In this document: positions 1 to 31,547 of the stretch, in pieces
Numbering within the stretch: the first letter of the stretch is position 1
Layout of the letters: the number at the start of each line of letters is the position of its first letter
NCBI GenBank assembly: GCA_028534125.1
Contig: CM052816.1
Coordinates: forward strand, 8,496,001-8,560,000
Reading direction: 5' to 3'
Length of the DNA stretch: 64,000 bases
Source of the DNA: Lama glama
Lineage: Eukaryota
Notes under the pieces: generated by a model
Database searches by the model: none
What the model was told of the DNA's origin: nothing
What the model saw: only the letters and a program-made list of their open reading frames with translations
Program-made: the position numbers and the translations under genes

Positions 1-1090
1 ACTTCTAATTCATTTTAGACTGTTACTTTTCAAAATGTGATAAAAGTCTATTATTGCAAAAAAATTTTTAGAAACACAAAATTTAAGTCCTTTTAAAAAT
101 TATTATTAGTTTCAACAGAACTAAGCTAACTCAAATTGTTACAAAGGTTTCTTAATGCTGACTGTCAATGTCTATTTTTGTCTTGTCATGGAATAGTAAC
201 ACATTGCAGAGGGGTACCAGACCAGGGACCACACTTTGAGTAGCCCTGTTCTAGGTGAGAGTGATGCAAAGTGAAACACTAATTTAGGCTATTTTATTAA
301 CCTTAAGTGCCACAACAGAAAGAGCTCCGAGCACAGGAGTCAAGGGCCTACACTCTGGTCCTGGCTCATTGTTTTACGATAAATGAGTCCTTTCCTCTCT
401 CTAGGTCTCAGTTTTCCTCTTTGTAAAATGATTGCTAACCATCACACTTAGGTGTTCAGACATTTCAATAAGGTCATGGATTTTTCTCTGGACAGCTAGG
501 GAATAGGAGCCACCTGCCAGTATCCTAGCCCATGTTAGGAAGTCGTGTAGGGGAACAGATCTATTTTAAGAGAATGGGGGTTTTAATGGTGCAAGGAGGT
601 GGGAGGGATGGAGGAGGTGGGAAGTGAATTGGGAAGCATGAGGCATGATTGGGAAGGCAGGTCTGGAAAAGCTGACACAGCAGAGAGAGCAGCTGTGTGA
701 AGGAGAAAGGGGACCGTAACCATGGAACTCACCCACGTGGAGGATGGTTGGGTTGATGATGATTCTAAATGGGACCAGAGCCTCCTTCCACCTCCCTCTC
801 TCCCTAGACTCCAGCAGCAGTGTCTCTTCCTCCTTGTACTCAATCCCCAGGTCCCGTCAGAACACTGCCTATCCCTCTTTCCAGCCCCAGATCCCAGCCC
901 CTGCCTGGCCACTGTGAGCGGTTCCAAGGTGGAACACACTGAATCCTGAGAGTGAGCTGAGGACAGTGAGCTCCTGAGGCAGCTGTCAGGCTGGTGCTTT
1001 TGGAAAACCACGGGTACATGGAAAAGAACAAAGCCTGTCTCATGGATACACTTCTGCTCTGAAGGTACATGTTTCTTCTCTTTTGCCTAG

Positions 1091-21435
<20,345 letters not shown>

Positions 21436-21652
21436 CCCCAGCGGGGATCTGCCGGCCAGGACGGCCCCACCCTCCACGGGAGAAGAGAACCCAAGCCAGT
21501 GGAGAACCACACACCTGCTTGAGGAGTCAGAGTCATAGGGTTTGAAAACTGAAGGATTTAGTTTACATCTTCCTTAGTGGCTTTCAAACCTCTCTTCAGC
21601 CCTGAGAACGTCTTACTGAGCTGAACCAACATGCTAGCTTTCATAGACCTCA

Positions 21653-21658
21653 ATTAAA
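21653..21658 (+). terminator. Candidate PDE6A polyadenylation signal (ATTAAA); AATAAA also at 21867-21872
   Basis: First PAS-like hexamers after the stop codon; usage cannot be shown from sequence. Confidence 0.35.
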
Positions 21659-21989
21659 CATTGAATTAGTGCCAGATCCACCTGCTTACCTAGGGTCATT
21701 TTTCTTATACTTTCATCTTATAGTACGCGAATTTTCAGTCATTCTCAAGAATAGAGACTTCTACAACGATCCCCACCTACCCAGCACCCAGGTTCTAATA
21801 TCAAGATTTTGCCACATTTGCTTTGTCTGTCCTTTTATATTTCTCTTCCATTTTTCCCTTAGCTGAAATAAAAGCAAATTCCAGACATATCATTTCACTC
21901 CTCTGTTACGCATCTTTAAAGATATATGAGCATTGTCTAACACAACTACATCATTATCACATGCAACAAATGAACCTCTGATATCCAGT

Positions 21990-22375
21990 TGTGGCAGATG
22001 CTGCAATGAGCTGTACAGATCCTCTGCGGAAGACTGTGGTCCAGCAGCGGTGAGTGCTGTTGGCAGACAGTCCTCGGCGTGAGGATGACCTCATCCTCAG
22101 AGAGACAGTTTGCCCAAGGGTGGCCTGCACCCAGTGATGCATCCATGCTTGGCCACCTTGGCCCAACACAGGACAACTCTGCAGGGCCCTTCTAGCTCCG
22201 GGGCTCCTCATGGGGCCCACCAAGTCTGTCCCCAGGCTCGCAACACAGCTCAGTTTCTCCCTCTCCCCACTCCTCCTCCCTTCCCTTCCCCAGGCCCTGG
22301 TCCCGAGGGCACTCCCTAATAAACATCTGGCAGACTCTTTGCAGAAGCTGCTCTCTGGGGAACCTAACTTGTGGC
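21990..22375 (+). mobile_element. LTR16-like ERVL solo LTR inside an old L1ME fragment (~21700-22580)
   Basis: TGTGGCAGATGCTGC start, AATAAA at 22318, GGGGAACCTAAC end; TCCAGT on both sides as candidate TSD. Confidence 0.6.
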
Positions 22376-24012
22376 TCCAGTCCTGACTCTCCCCCGATGT
22401 TGCAACAATGTCTTCAATGATTTGTTTGAATCTGATCCAAACAAGTCGACTTCTAGTTGTCCCATATTCTGGATTTATCCATTTGCTTCCATGTGATGCT
22501 GTGTAACATATTCCTCTGTCCCTGGTTCTCCTCTAAGTGGGTGCAAACTCTAGAACTTCTCTTCCTCCCTAACAGAATGTTATGCAGAAGCTTATACATT
22601 AATGCAGTTGCTTTGAGGAGAGGGAACGCATAATTTCTCCAAACTGTTTGTAAACCACTGATCCACTCCAACCTCCCTCTTTATATAAGCGAGGAAACTG
22701 AAGGCCAGAGAGGGGATGAGGAAATTCTTGGCACAGTTCCCTGCCTTCCCTCCCTCCAGAAGCAAATGCTCAAGGTCACAGAGAACACAATGTACAGGGC
22801 ACGCGCCCCATGACCGCCAACAGCAGATCAGTCTGGGCTCCTGACACATGAACCCTGCCCATATATGGAGGTCTTGCTGTCAAGAGGGATCTGGAACCCT
22901 CATCTTTATCTGCGAGATGTTGTGGCTCGGCTCCCTCCCGCCGCAGCTGTGCAAAGTCATTCGGCAACGGATGGGAGCATTCGGAATTCCTAATTAATGG
23001 GGATGGGCATCCTGTAACAAATGGAGAAGCAATCCCCCTCTTGGAGTTAACCTTCTAGTAAGGGGGTGATAGGTACTGAGCCATCAATCGCACGGATAAC
23101 CTCTCAAAAGACTCTAATTCATGCCACAGATCCCTGCTGCTGAGAGCAAACACCCCCATTTTAGAGAGAAAAATCATGATGTGTTCCCTTTTTGCTGAAG
23201 AATTCCAATTTCCAGAATGAGAAAATAAATCACCTGAACCATGAGGGCACGTCTGTGGAGGTAATAAACAATTTGAAAATAGCTGACACATGACATGAAA
23301 TGGAGTGACTTATTACACTTGCTCTTGTTTGTGTATAATTTTCCTCACCAGTGTTTCAAACCTTTGGGAGCACATGAGATTCATGCACTCAAACTGCACT
23401 TAAACATTAAAGCAGTTTTGGGGCAAAATAAAGGCTGACCCCAATAGTGCTTTGAAACTGAGGCAACAGTGCACACACACCCAAGACTGAAAGTCTTGGA
23501 AGACGTCGTTTCTTCACTGCTCTCACGGGGAGCAAGTGAGCAGCGGAAAATGTTTCCAGTTCACCCAAACATGGCGCACGATTCATCTGTTCTCCCCACC
23601 CTCTGGTCAGTTGTCAATTCGTGTCGATGTCAAAATCCCTCTTATATTTCCGTATAAGCACATATATTTAGTGTGCTTATGTAAACAAGCTGATACATCA
23701 AAACAAGGGAGTCCTCATTCACAAGGTGGTAATAACTATAAAAGTCGAGGCAAGAAGCAGGTCATGGAACAGTGTTAGGGGAGGCAAGTCTGAATGGTTC
23801 ATTAGACCCACGAAAAGTGCTGTGAAGAAGGCACAGGTGAGTTCGGAGAGTTTTGGAGGCGTGAGGGGCACACCTTGGCCAGGGTCTTCTCTGACAGATG
23901 ACACTGAAACTAGAATCCTTTTTCCAGTTAGTGGTCGGTGTGTCCCTCAACGAACATGTAGGACCAATAAAGAAAGACACACCTGGGCAGGGCTGTGTGT
24001 GGTTATTTCCTT

Positions 24013-24045
24013 TTTAATCTCCATAGTGTATTTGTTAAGTTTATT
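24013..24045 (-). terminator. Distal polyadenylation signals of PPARGC1B
   Basis: Minus-strand AATAAA and ATTAAA, upstream UGUA elements, downstream GGTGTGTCTTTCTTT. Confidence 0.6.
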
Positions 24046-24605
24046 TATAAGCAGATCACTTCACTATTTACAGTACATGAGCATAGAGATTCTACAGTTT
24101 TTGTGATGTAAACAATAACTCCACAGTGGGAGTCTGAGAAAAGAAGCCAGTTCTGAAGTATTTACAGACGTTAAAATAGAACTTTATACTCATGGAATAA
24201 TAATACATAGAGCAATTTGGTTAAATTATCTATGAAACTATAGAATCTGACAATGTACAAATACAGGAAAACATTTTCTCATTTAGAAGGTAAGACAGAT
24301 AAATCACACCAGAAATAAAATGGGGACAATGACAACCACAATAATTAAAAGCAAAGAAGTTTTCTTCCTTGCCTCTCACAGATAAAGTATTTATATAAAT
24401 AAGGACACAACCCAACAAAATGGAAAAAATATATAAAAATCCTCTACCAATTAAAAAAAATAGCAAAACTAAAAACTCGATTCTCATCATCATGTCCTTT
24501 AAAAAATTAAAATTTTGCTTTCTATTATAAATAACAAAGCAGATGTGTCCCTCTGTGTAGGTGAAATTCTTGCACCTTTCTCAAGAAATGCATCAATGTA
24601 AATCC

Positions 24606-24678
24606 ACACATACACATAAACACAGGCGTGCACACGTGCAGACACACACACACACACACACATACACACACACACACA
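24606..24678. repeat. Imperfect (CA)n tract, read as (UG)n in the PPARGC1B mRNA
   Basis: CA repeats seen directly. Confidence 0.85.
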
Positions 24679-27600
24679 GCCTTGCACTCATGCACCCCAG
24701 GCTGTAGTTACCTTGTTGAGCTTCCTAATAATGCCCCCTACGGTAGTACCCCTGGGGATGCCCAAACCTCACAAGGTTAGCCATTCCCTGGTTTGACCCT
24801 GTCACAGAGCCGGGGAAAGCCCTGGCTTCCTATTGCTCAGGATTCTCTAGGCTGCACGGTCACACCAAGAGAAAAGGATTTGAGTCCAAGATTTGGAAAT
24901 GCTATAAGGGACCATAGGGACCACCTTGCCCAGTCAATTAAGGCTAGCTACAGACACTGTTTCTTTAGAAACCTGGGGTTGGGGAGAGGAATCTTGCGTT
25001 GGTTTCAACATTAGCAGCTGCCTCAGGAAGAAGCAGGCGCTCCAAGCCAATGCTAATACCGTGGCACAGGAGGTGAAGGGGGTGGGTGTGAATTTCCGGA
25101 GCAGACTGCACCGAGCCGGACTTCCGGACGGTCATCCTCCCGAGAAACCATCTGGAAATTCACGTGGTCCACTTCCCTGGTCCACTGACCGCCCTGACCC
25201 CACACCCCTTGAGATTTCCAACCTGTTTCCATGGGAATCAGAACACCCCTCAAGAAACAAAGTTGGGAGTAGTTTATGACTTTTTATTCCTAACATAAAA
25301 ACACTTGACGAGATTTTTAAATACAAAATACAAAAACAAACGAAGAAAAAACCTGTTTGGCTATTTGGTGGACCATATCAAAGGCCATGGCCCGGCCCCC
25401 CGACCACAGAACCCTCATACCCAACCCCTTTGTTTGTCCCGAGGGTCCAGTGGGGGCCTCCTAGCAGAGGTTCACTTAACAAGGTCGGCAGCTGGGCTGC
25501 CAGTATTGCAGTTACAGTAAACCCCTCCCGGGCACCCGGGCACAGGTCCACTCCTGTCTCCGCTGCCCAGGGGGAGCCAGTGTACTTCTCAGTCTGCATG
25601 AGGGCCTACTAAGCGGCTGCTTCTGGGGCCTCTGACTGGTGTTCCATGGGGCTCTAAACACATAGACAGTTTGCTCATGCCCTTGCATTTCATTCCCAAA
25701 GTTGGTGTTAGACGGCAAAGTGGTGGAAAGGATTTATTTGCCTTCCGTCTGGGTAGCTGGTGGATACAGTCTTTGGCCACTAGATGGCGACGAGACATTG
25801 ATAAGGCAAAATGCTGAGGTGGAAGCTGACCAATCCCTTCAAAGTGTCACCCATGAGCAAGGCTGGCAAAGTGAAAAGGGAGGCTTTATTGGCTTCCTTG
25901 GAGGATCCTTGGACAAAACATACAGTTCTGGCTACATAAACACCTCTGAGGGCTTGCACAGCCCAGGGACTGAGCAGCTACAAAACCCTATTTTCCGAGT
26001 CCCCAGCTCGGGCAGTTGAAGCTGCTTCAGCACGTGCGAGGCATTCTGATTAAACAGAGTATCTGAAAATCTCCCCCCTCCCCGTCCCCCGAATCTCCAA
26101 GCCTCAATCACCACTGCTGTACCATTAAACAAAAACAAAAGCTGCCCTAAACATATGCAGTGTGATCCACGCCTCCTGTTGCCCCATATGTTTTACAATC
26201 ATTTGAAAGAAACGTGTGAAAAGTGCTTAAGTTAAGCTATTTTGAAAAAACAAGTGTATTGCTAGTATTGTCTGAGAGCAAGAGAGAAACAGCCAAGTGG
26301 TCCCAACATTGGAATTGAAAGCTGTTCGGTGGGGACCATCACAAGGCTAAAGTGAGATCTGACATCGCCCCCCAGCCAAGCTGGGGCTGAACAGCTCACC
26401 ATCCCCGCCGCAAACTATGGCTTAGATTAGTCCTGGGGAGCTAACCTCGTATAAGGTAACGTGGCCAGGACCACGTGGGTGTGAATCTGCTGCCAGTTGG
26501 CTCTGGCACAGCCAGAGAACGGAACTGGACTCACAGGTTAGTGATGGACTCCCGATACTCCAGGATGAGAATCTGAACCTATCAGAGGTGAAAGGTACTT
26601 TAGTTGCATCCCAGCCAATATTCCCATCTGCTAGATGAGGAAACAGAGGCCCAAGATCACATCGCAAGTAAGAAACTCTGAGTTTCTCACTTTGAAATGG
26701 CTTATAGATGAATGACTTGCTCTGCAAACCCATTTCAACTGGCTGTGCTGTTTTCTTTTCTTTTTTTTTTTAATAGGTACCAAGATCTAAAAGCACCGTT
26801 CTGGTTCTAGGGCCTCCAATGAACAGGCCAGCAAGGGGCTGGCCCTAGGATGGGCTCTCCTGCTGCTCTCTCCTCCCTCCCACCAGCCCCTTTCCCAACT
26901 CCCATCCTGATTCCCAGGACAGCATGTTACACAGCCCAAGGAGACCCATATTTGCCAGCATAGAAACATGGAGCCAGGCTGAAGTGTTGTGGTTTTCTCA
27001 AAGTGCTTTTATTGGTTCAGTGCAAAGTCTGCCGCTGCCTACTGCCTGGACGTTCAGCAGCCGGCTCCCAGGGGTGCCCCACCCCACATCTGTTTTGGGC
27101 CAAGGGCATCTCTATGCACAAGGGTCTCTCAGCTCCTGAGTTCTCCCTCCATTTACCTGTAACTGTGAGCTCAGCGAACAGCCCTGAAGCCACTCTATGT
27201 GTGCAAATGTCTCGGGGACTTGAGGACCAACTTAAACACACTGCATGTAAGCACTAACTGGTTTCTTTCTGCCCCAATGGAAAGGATCCCTCTTCTTTGG
27301 CCATTGAAACCATTAGGTTCACTTTATTTGCTACTGCACATCCAATTTCCTTGGTTGGTCATATCTGAGGACAACTGCTAAGTCTCAAATGCTAAGAAAA
27401 TACTGAAGTTTTGACATCAGTGAGTCATACCAACAAGTCCATTAGGGTTGATTCTGCTTCACAGTTGGGATGCCTCATCTCTCAAGCTGCAGTGAGTTCA
27501 ACTCAGTCTGAGGCCTGGGATGGGGTTCCAACCAGCCCATGCGGAAGGACCGCACTGCCATGCCTTCCCTGCCCCTCAGCATGCACACTGCATACACCTA

Positions 27601-30600
27601 GAAGAAATCGCTCTGCAAACAGCCACGATCACAAGGTTTACGCAAGAAAGACTTCTTATTGCATCTCTTCCCACATCAGGACCTGATACCGAGTCTTTGC
27701 AGCTCAGAGCATTCCTCCCTTCCTCCTCCTGCCCCAAGAGCCCCCAGAGCCCTCTCTCCTGGGCACATTCACCATGCAAGGCCGTGAGAGCTCACAGCAG
27801 ATGCAGACATTTGACTGGTGCGTAGTGTCTCAAAGCGGTGTTCCGGTTAGGGGGCAAGGTGTCGTGGGGGTAAGGAGGTGGGGGCCTTAGCTGCACTCCA
27901 TCCACTCATATTCTTTACGTCTTTGATGCATTTTCCTTCGGTAACCAGAGCCCCCAAGAGTGAGGGTTCTGATTCAGCCTTGTACCGACTGAGGAAGGAG
28001 ATGGAAGAATTCCACTTAGCGGTTGGATCGGACATATTTGGAAAACACCAGCACAGCACAGAGATGGACAGCACAACCTGCCTTGTGTGGGTGGCTACCA
28101 ACACAGTCTACAGTAAGCTTTTATGGCAATCACATGTAAACATGACCGAGAGCAAATACTAGGACAGAGCTACAATGAGATGGTTGCCAATGGCAGCTGC
28201 TCCCTCTGGGTTACTCCTCAATTTGATGAGAAAGAGACCAAGGTTGACTAGTTTTCCTGGAGAGACCTTGGAGTCTCCTTCATAAATAATACACAGCACC
28301 GAATGAGTCTTCCAGATAGAGGTTGTCTGCAGGGTTGGTCAATTTCAGAACTTGTAGCCTTTCATATACGGGACGGTGAGCAGAAACTGCTTGACGCCCT
28401 TGGCAGGCATCCTCTTCCATTAGTGTGCCCCAACCCTGATCTTAGGCATCACGTCCCAGTGCTATGCTCAGATCTCTGCTCTGCTCAAGGGCCAGTGTCT
28501 AACTACTTTTATGTGCCCTGTACTTATGTGAACTGGAAGGGGAGCTTCAGCTGACCCAAGAGAGAGAGACCCATCTTTACTAAAAGCCTGCATTTCTTTA
28601 CTGTAAAGTACCACCTGCCCCTGGTTGAATCTCTGCCCTAGTGCAATCAAGGAAGAAGCAAATAGGAGGGTTTAGAGACCATCTAGTCCAACGCCTTCTA
28701 GCACACCGAGGCTCCGGGAGAGGGAGGGACTCTGTGACTTACCAAAGTCACAGAGTTAGTTCTTGGCGGAGCCAGGACTCAACCAGCTCTCCAGATTCTG
28801 AATGTAGAGTTCTTTCCTATTGGTTTCCACAGGATGAACTCTCAGTTTACTTGGTGCAAATCAGGACTTAGGGGAGGCATCAGATGGATTTAAATTCTAT
28901 TCCATGCCATTCAATTCCATAACCACTTATTGTGTGCCTACAATGTGCTAGGCAGTGAATAGCTATAAAAGGAATTTAGAATGTTCAGGTCTGCGCTGTG
29001 GAAAGTCCCCTTTTTGGTCCATCCTTATAAGCCCTGCCTTTGCCAGGCATGTTCATGTCCACTCTTCCACTTGGCCCCCACCCCCAAGTGGGACTGTGTG
29101 TCACAGCAGTATTGGGAGTCCTGTGCCAAGCAATGGCTTTAGGGCAACTTTTTCCTCATAGATCAGGACATGATAGACAGGGGATGGGCCAGAATGAAAC
29201 CCAGACACCATTTGGTTCTGTATGACAGAAACCTTTCAAAGATTAGACCAGGGTGTCAAACTCTAATCAATTACTAATGGCTGCTCAGAGCACTGTGTTG
29301 AGGATTGTAATAGCATGAGCAAACTCAAAGAACATGAGTGCTGTGATCGATTGGTTATGCCTGCCACTGGCCAAGGATGTGGGAGTAGTGGAATATGTGC
29401 CACGTATTTGCCATCTTGAGCTAGATACCATCTCAGCAGAAGCTAAGACTATCAGAGCTGGCAGGGACCTTAGAGATTAGCTCGCCTAATTCTCCCCCAC
29501 AGTCCATTTCACAGAAAAGAAAATTGGGGCCCAGAGAGGGCAAATAACTTGAAACATAGGAGCTCAAATTCCCTGTTCCTTCTAATGCCTGTAATGCCTG
29601 TCTCCTCCAGCCTTCTCCATGGGCTTGGAGTATGCTTACCTCTCAGGAGAGGTTCATCAGCCCAGTTAACCTGCTGAGGTATTTGATAATCTTTAAAAGA
29701 CAAAAAAATAAAAAAAAAAGAAAAAAGAAAAAGAAACCCCTCAAAAAAACCATAACTACCAATTCTCAAAGAAGTAGGCCTGGCATTAATATATTAAATC
29801 AGCCTGTTTAATGAGTCAAGTTCAAACTTTTTTTTTAAAGCAGCAGAACCTTTTTTCTTTCCTTTCCCTTTCTTTTCTCTTAAATACAAAAATTTCCCAA
29901 GGAACCCTGATGTGTGAAAGAGATCAAGTTGGAGCTGCTCTGTCTGAAGCAGAAGCAGTGTGCTCTTACCCTGCCTGGCCATGCTCTCCCTCATGAATGG
30001 CCCTCAAGGCACCCGCAGAACATCCAAGCTGGACGTGGCTTTGACATCAGTCAAGATCACAATGTTAAAGTAAAGCCCAATGAGAATGTTTTCTAAGTCA
30101 GAAAGGAGCTTGGAGATTGTCTTATCCATCCCCATCTCTCACACCCACTTCCTGCCCCCCTGCCGCATGCCACCAAAACAGCTTTATAGGTGAGGAAAAG
30201 GGAAGTCAAGATGAGGGAGTAGGGATGGGTTGATGGCTGGCCCAAAAAGGATGACTGCTCCCAGATCACCTCTCCATGTCACTCCAGGTGTGTCACTGAA
30301 GCTCTGATGGTGTGTCCAGAGGTGTAGGCAAATCACATGATCCCTTGGGTCAAGACTGGTGCCAGAGCCTGAACTCACCCAATGCTGGTAAAGTCAGCTG
30401 TTGACTTACCCCCCAAATGAGCCCATACGCGTCTAGCCTGTTGTCCATTTTAGCTGAACCCACCACTACCGGTCCCTACAACTTCGCCTCGTGACCCCAG
30501 GTACTGCAGGAGAATGGGACCAGGAGTCAGGAAGCCTGGGCTGGACTGCTGCTCTGTAGTCTCACTGGCCGTGGGACCTTGGGCAAGTCACTGCCTCTTG

Positions 30601-31446
30601 GGGTACTCTCTGCCTCGCCTGGAAAACAGGAATAATATACCTTCCTTCCAAGGTCCGAGAGCATCTAAACATGAACGGCCAGGCATAAACTCTAAAGTTT
30701 GAGCTGGGCACCAGATAAGGGCTCTGATTAGAAATGGACCCAAACTTGCTCTGGGACAGACAAGGCAGGGCTTGGCAGAAGAGGCAGGAAACCTCTCTGC
30801 ACTGCTCCTGGTCGTGGCTGCACGCCGCGCCTCCTCGGCCACCAGCCTTCCGGCTACCCAGCACCTCTGGGGCACTCTGGCAAAGGGAGCAGTGCAGCTC
30901 AGTGGCAAACACCTCACAACAGTGCATAGTTAAAAAACCAAGGAAGCGATACAATAATCCCAGGTACAGTACATCTGAGCCATAAATACGTTATTTTAAA
31001 GATATACTTTTTTTTTCTTCAACTAGAAATGAGTTTATAATCCTGATTCTATTCACGAGTAACAATTTCATCATCACACACTACAGACAAGAAATGTTAT
31101 GGTGAACACAGCTGCACGTCTACGAGGGGACGTCGGTCGGGGAGGAAGGGGAGGTGGGTGACGGACCCCGCGTCTGGAGCCCAGCCAGGACAACCCGTCG
31201 GAAGCGAGGACACTAATGTGGCAGTGGAACGTCAACACCATGGAAACTCACAGACAGAAGCAGCTTTGTTCAATGTAAACATTGATTTTTTTTTTTTAAA
31301 AAGGACAGCAGTTCCGAGTCTCTCTCTTTCTCTCTCTCACGCGCGCTCTCTCTCCTTCTCATATACTTAATTTCTTTGAAAACGTAAACATATTGGAAGG
31401 GCCTTGTCTGAGGTATTGAGGTATTCCTCGAAGGTTAAGGCTGTTA

Positions 31447-31547
31447 TCAGTGCAGGCTCTGCTGGGCCTCCTTCAGTAAGCTGTCAAAATCCATGGCTTC
31501 ATACTTGGTTTTCACTGACGCAGGCAGGGCCTCTTCTGAATTAGAAT
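31447..31547 (-). CDS. PPARGC1B: PPARGC1B exon 12, coding part
   Basis: gcccag|ATTCTA...CAC TGA TAA; (D)[32 protein letters not shown]. Confidence 0.95.

Larger units (their letters stand above)
23995..31446 (-). other. PPARGC1B: Inferred long 3'UTR of PPARGC1B (~7.4 kb)
   Basis: Runs from the stop codon to an AU-rich block with AATAAA (24045-24040) and ATTAAA (24018-24013) followed by a GU/U-rich tract; PPARGC1B is known to have a long 3'UTR; exact end inferred. Confidence 0.65.

Noticed and set aside
22770..22778. Perfect ERR element TCAAGGTCA
   Set aside because: Context (CAAGGTCACAG) matches the ubiquitous MIR core; a single 9-mer is not evidence.
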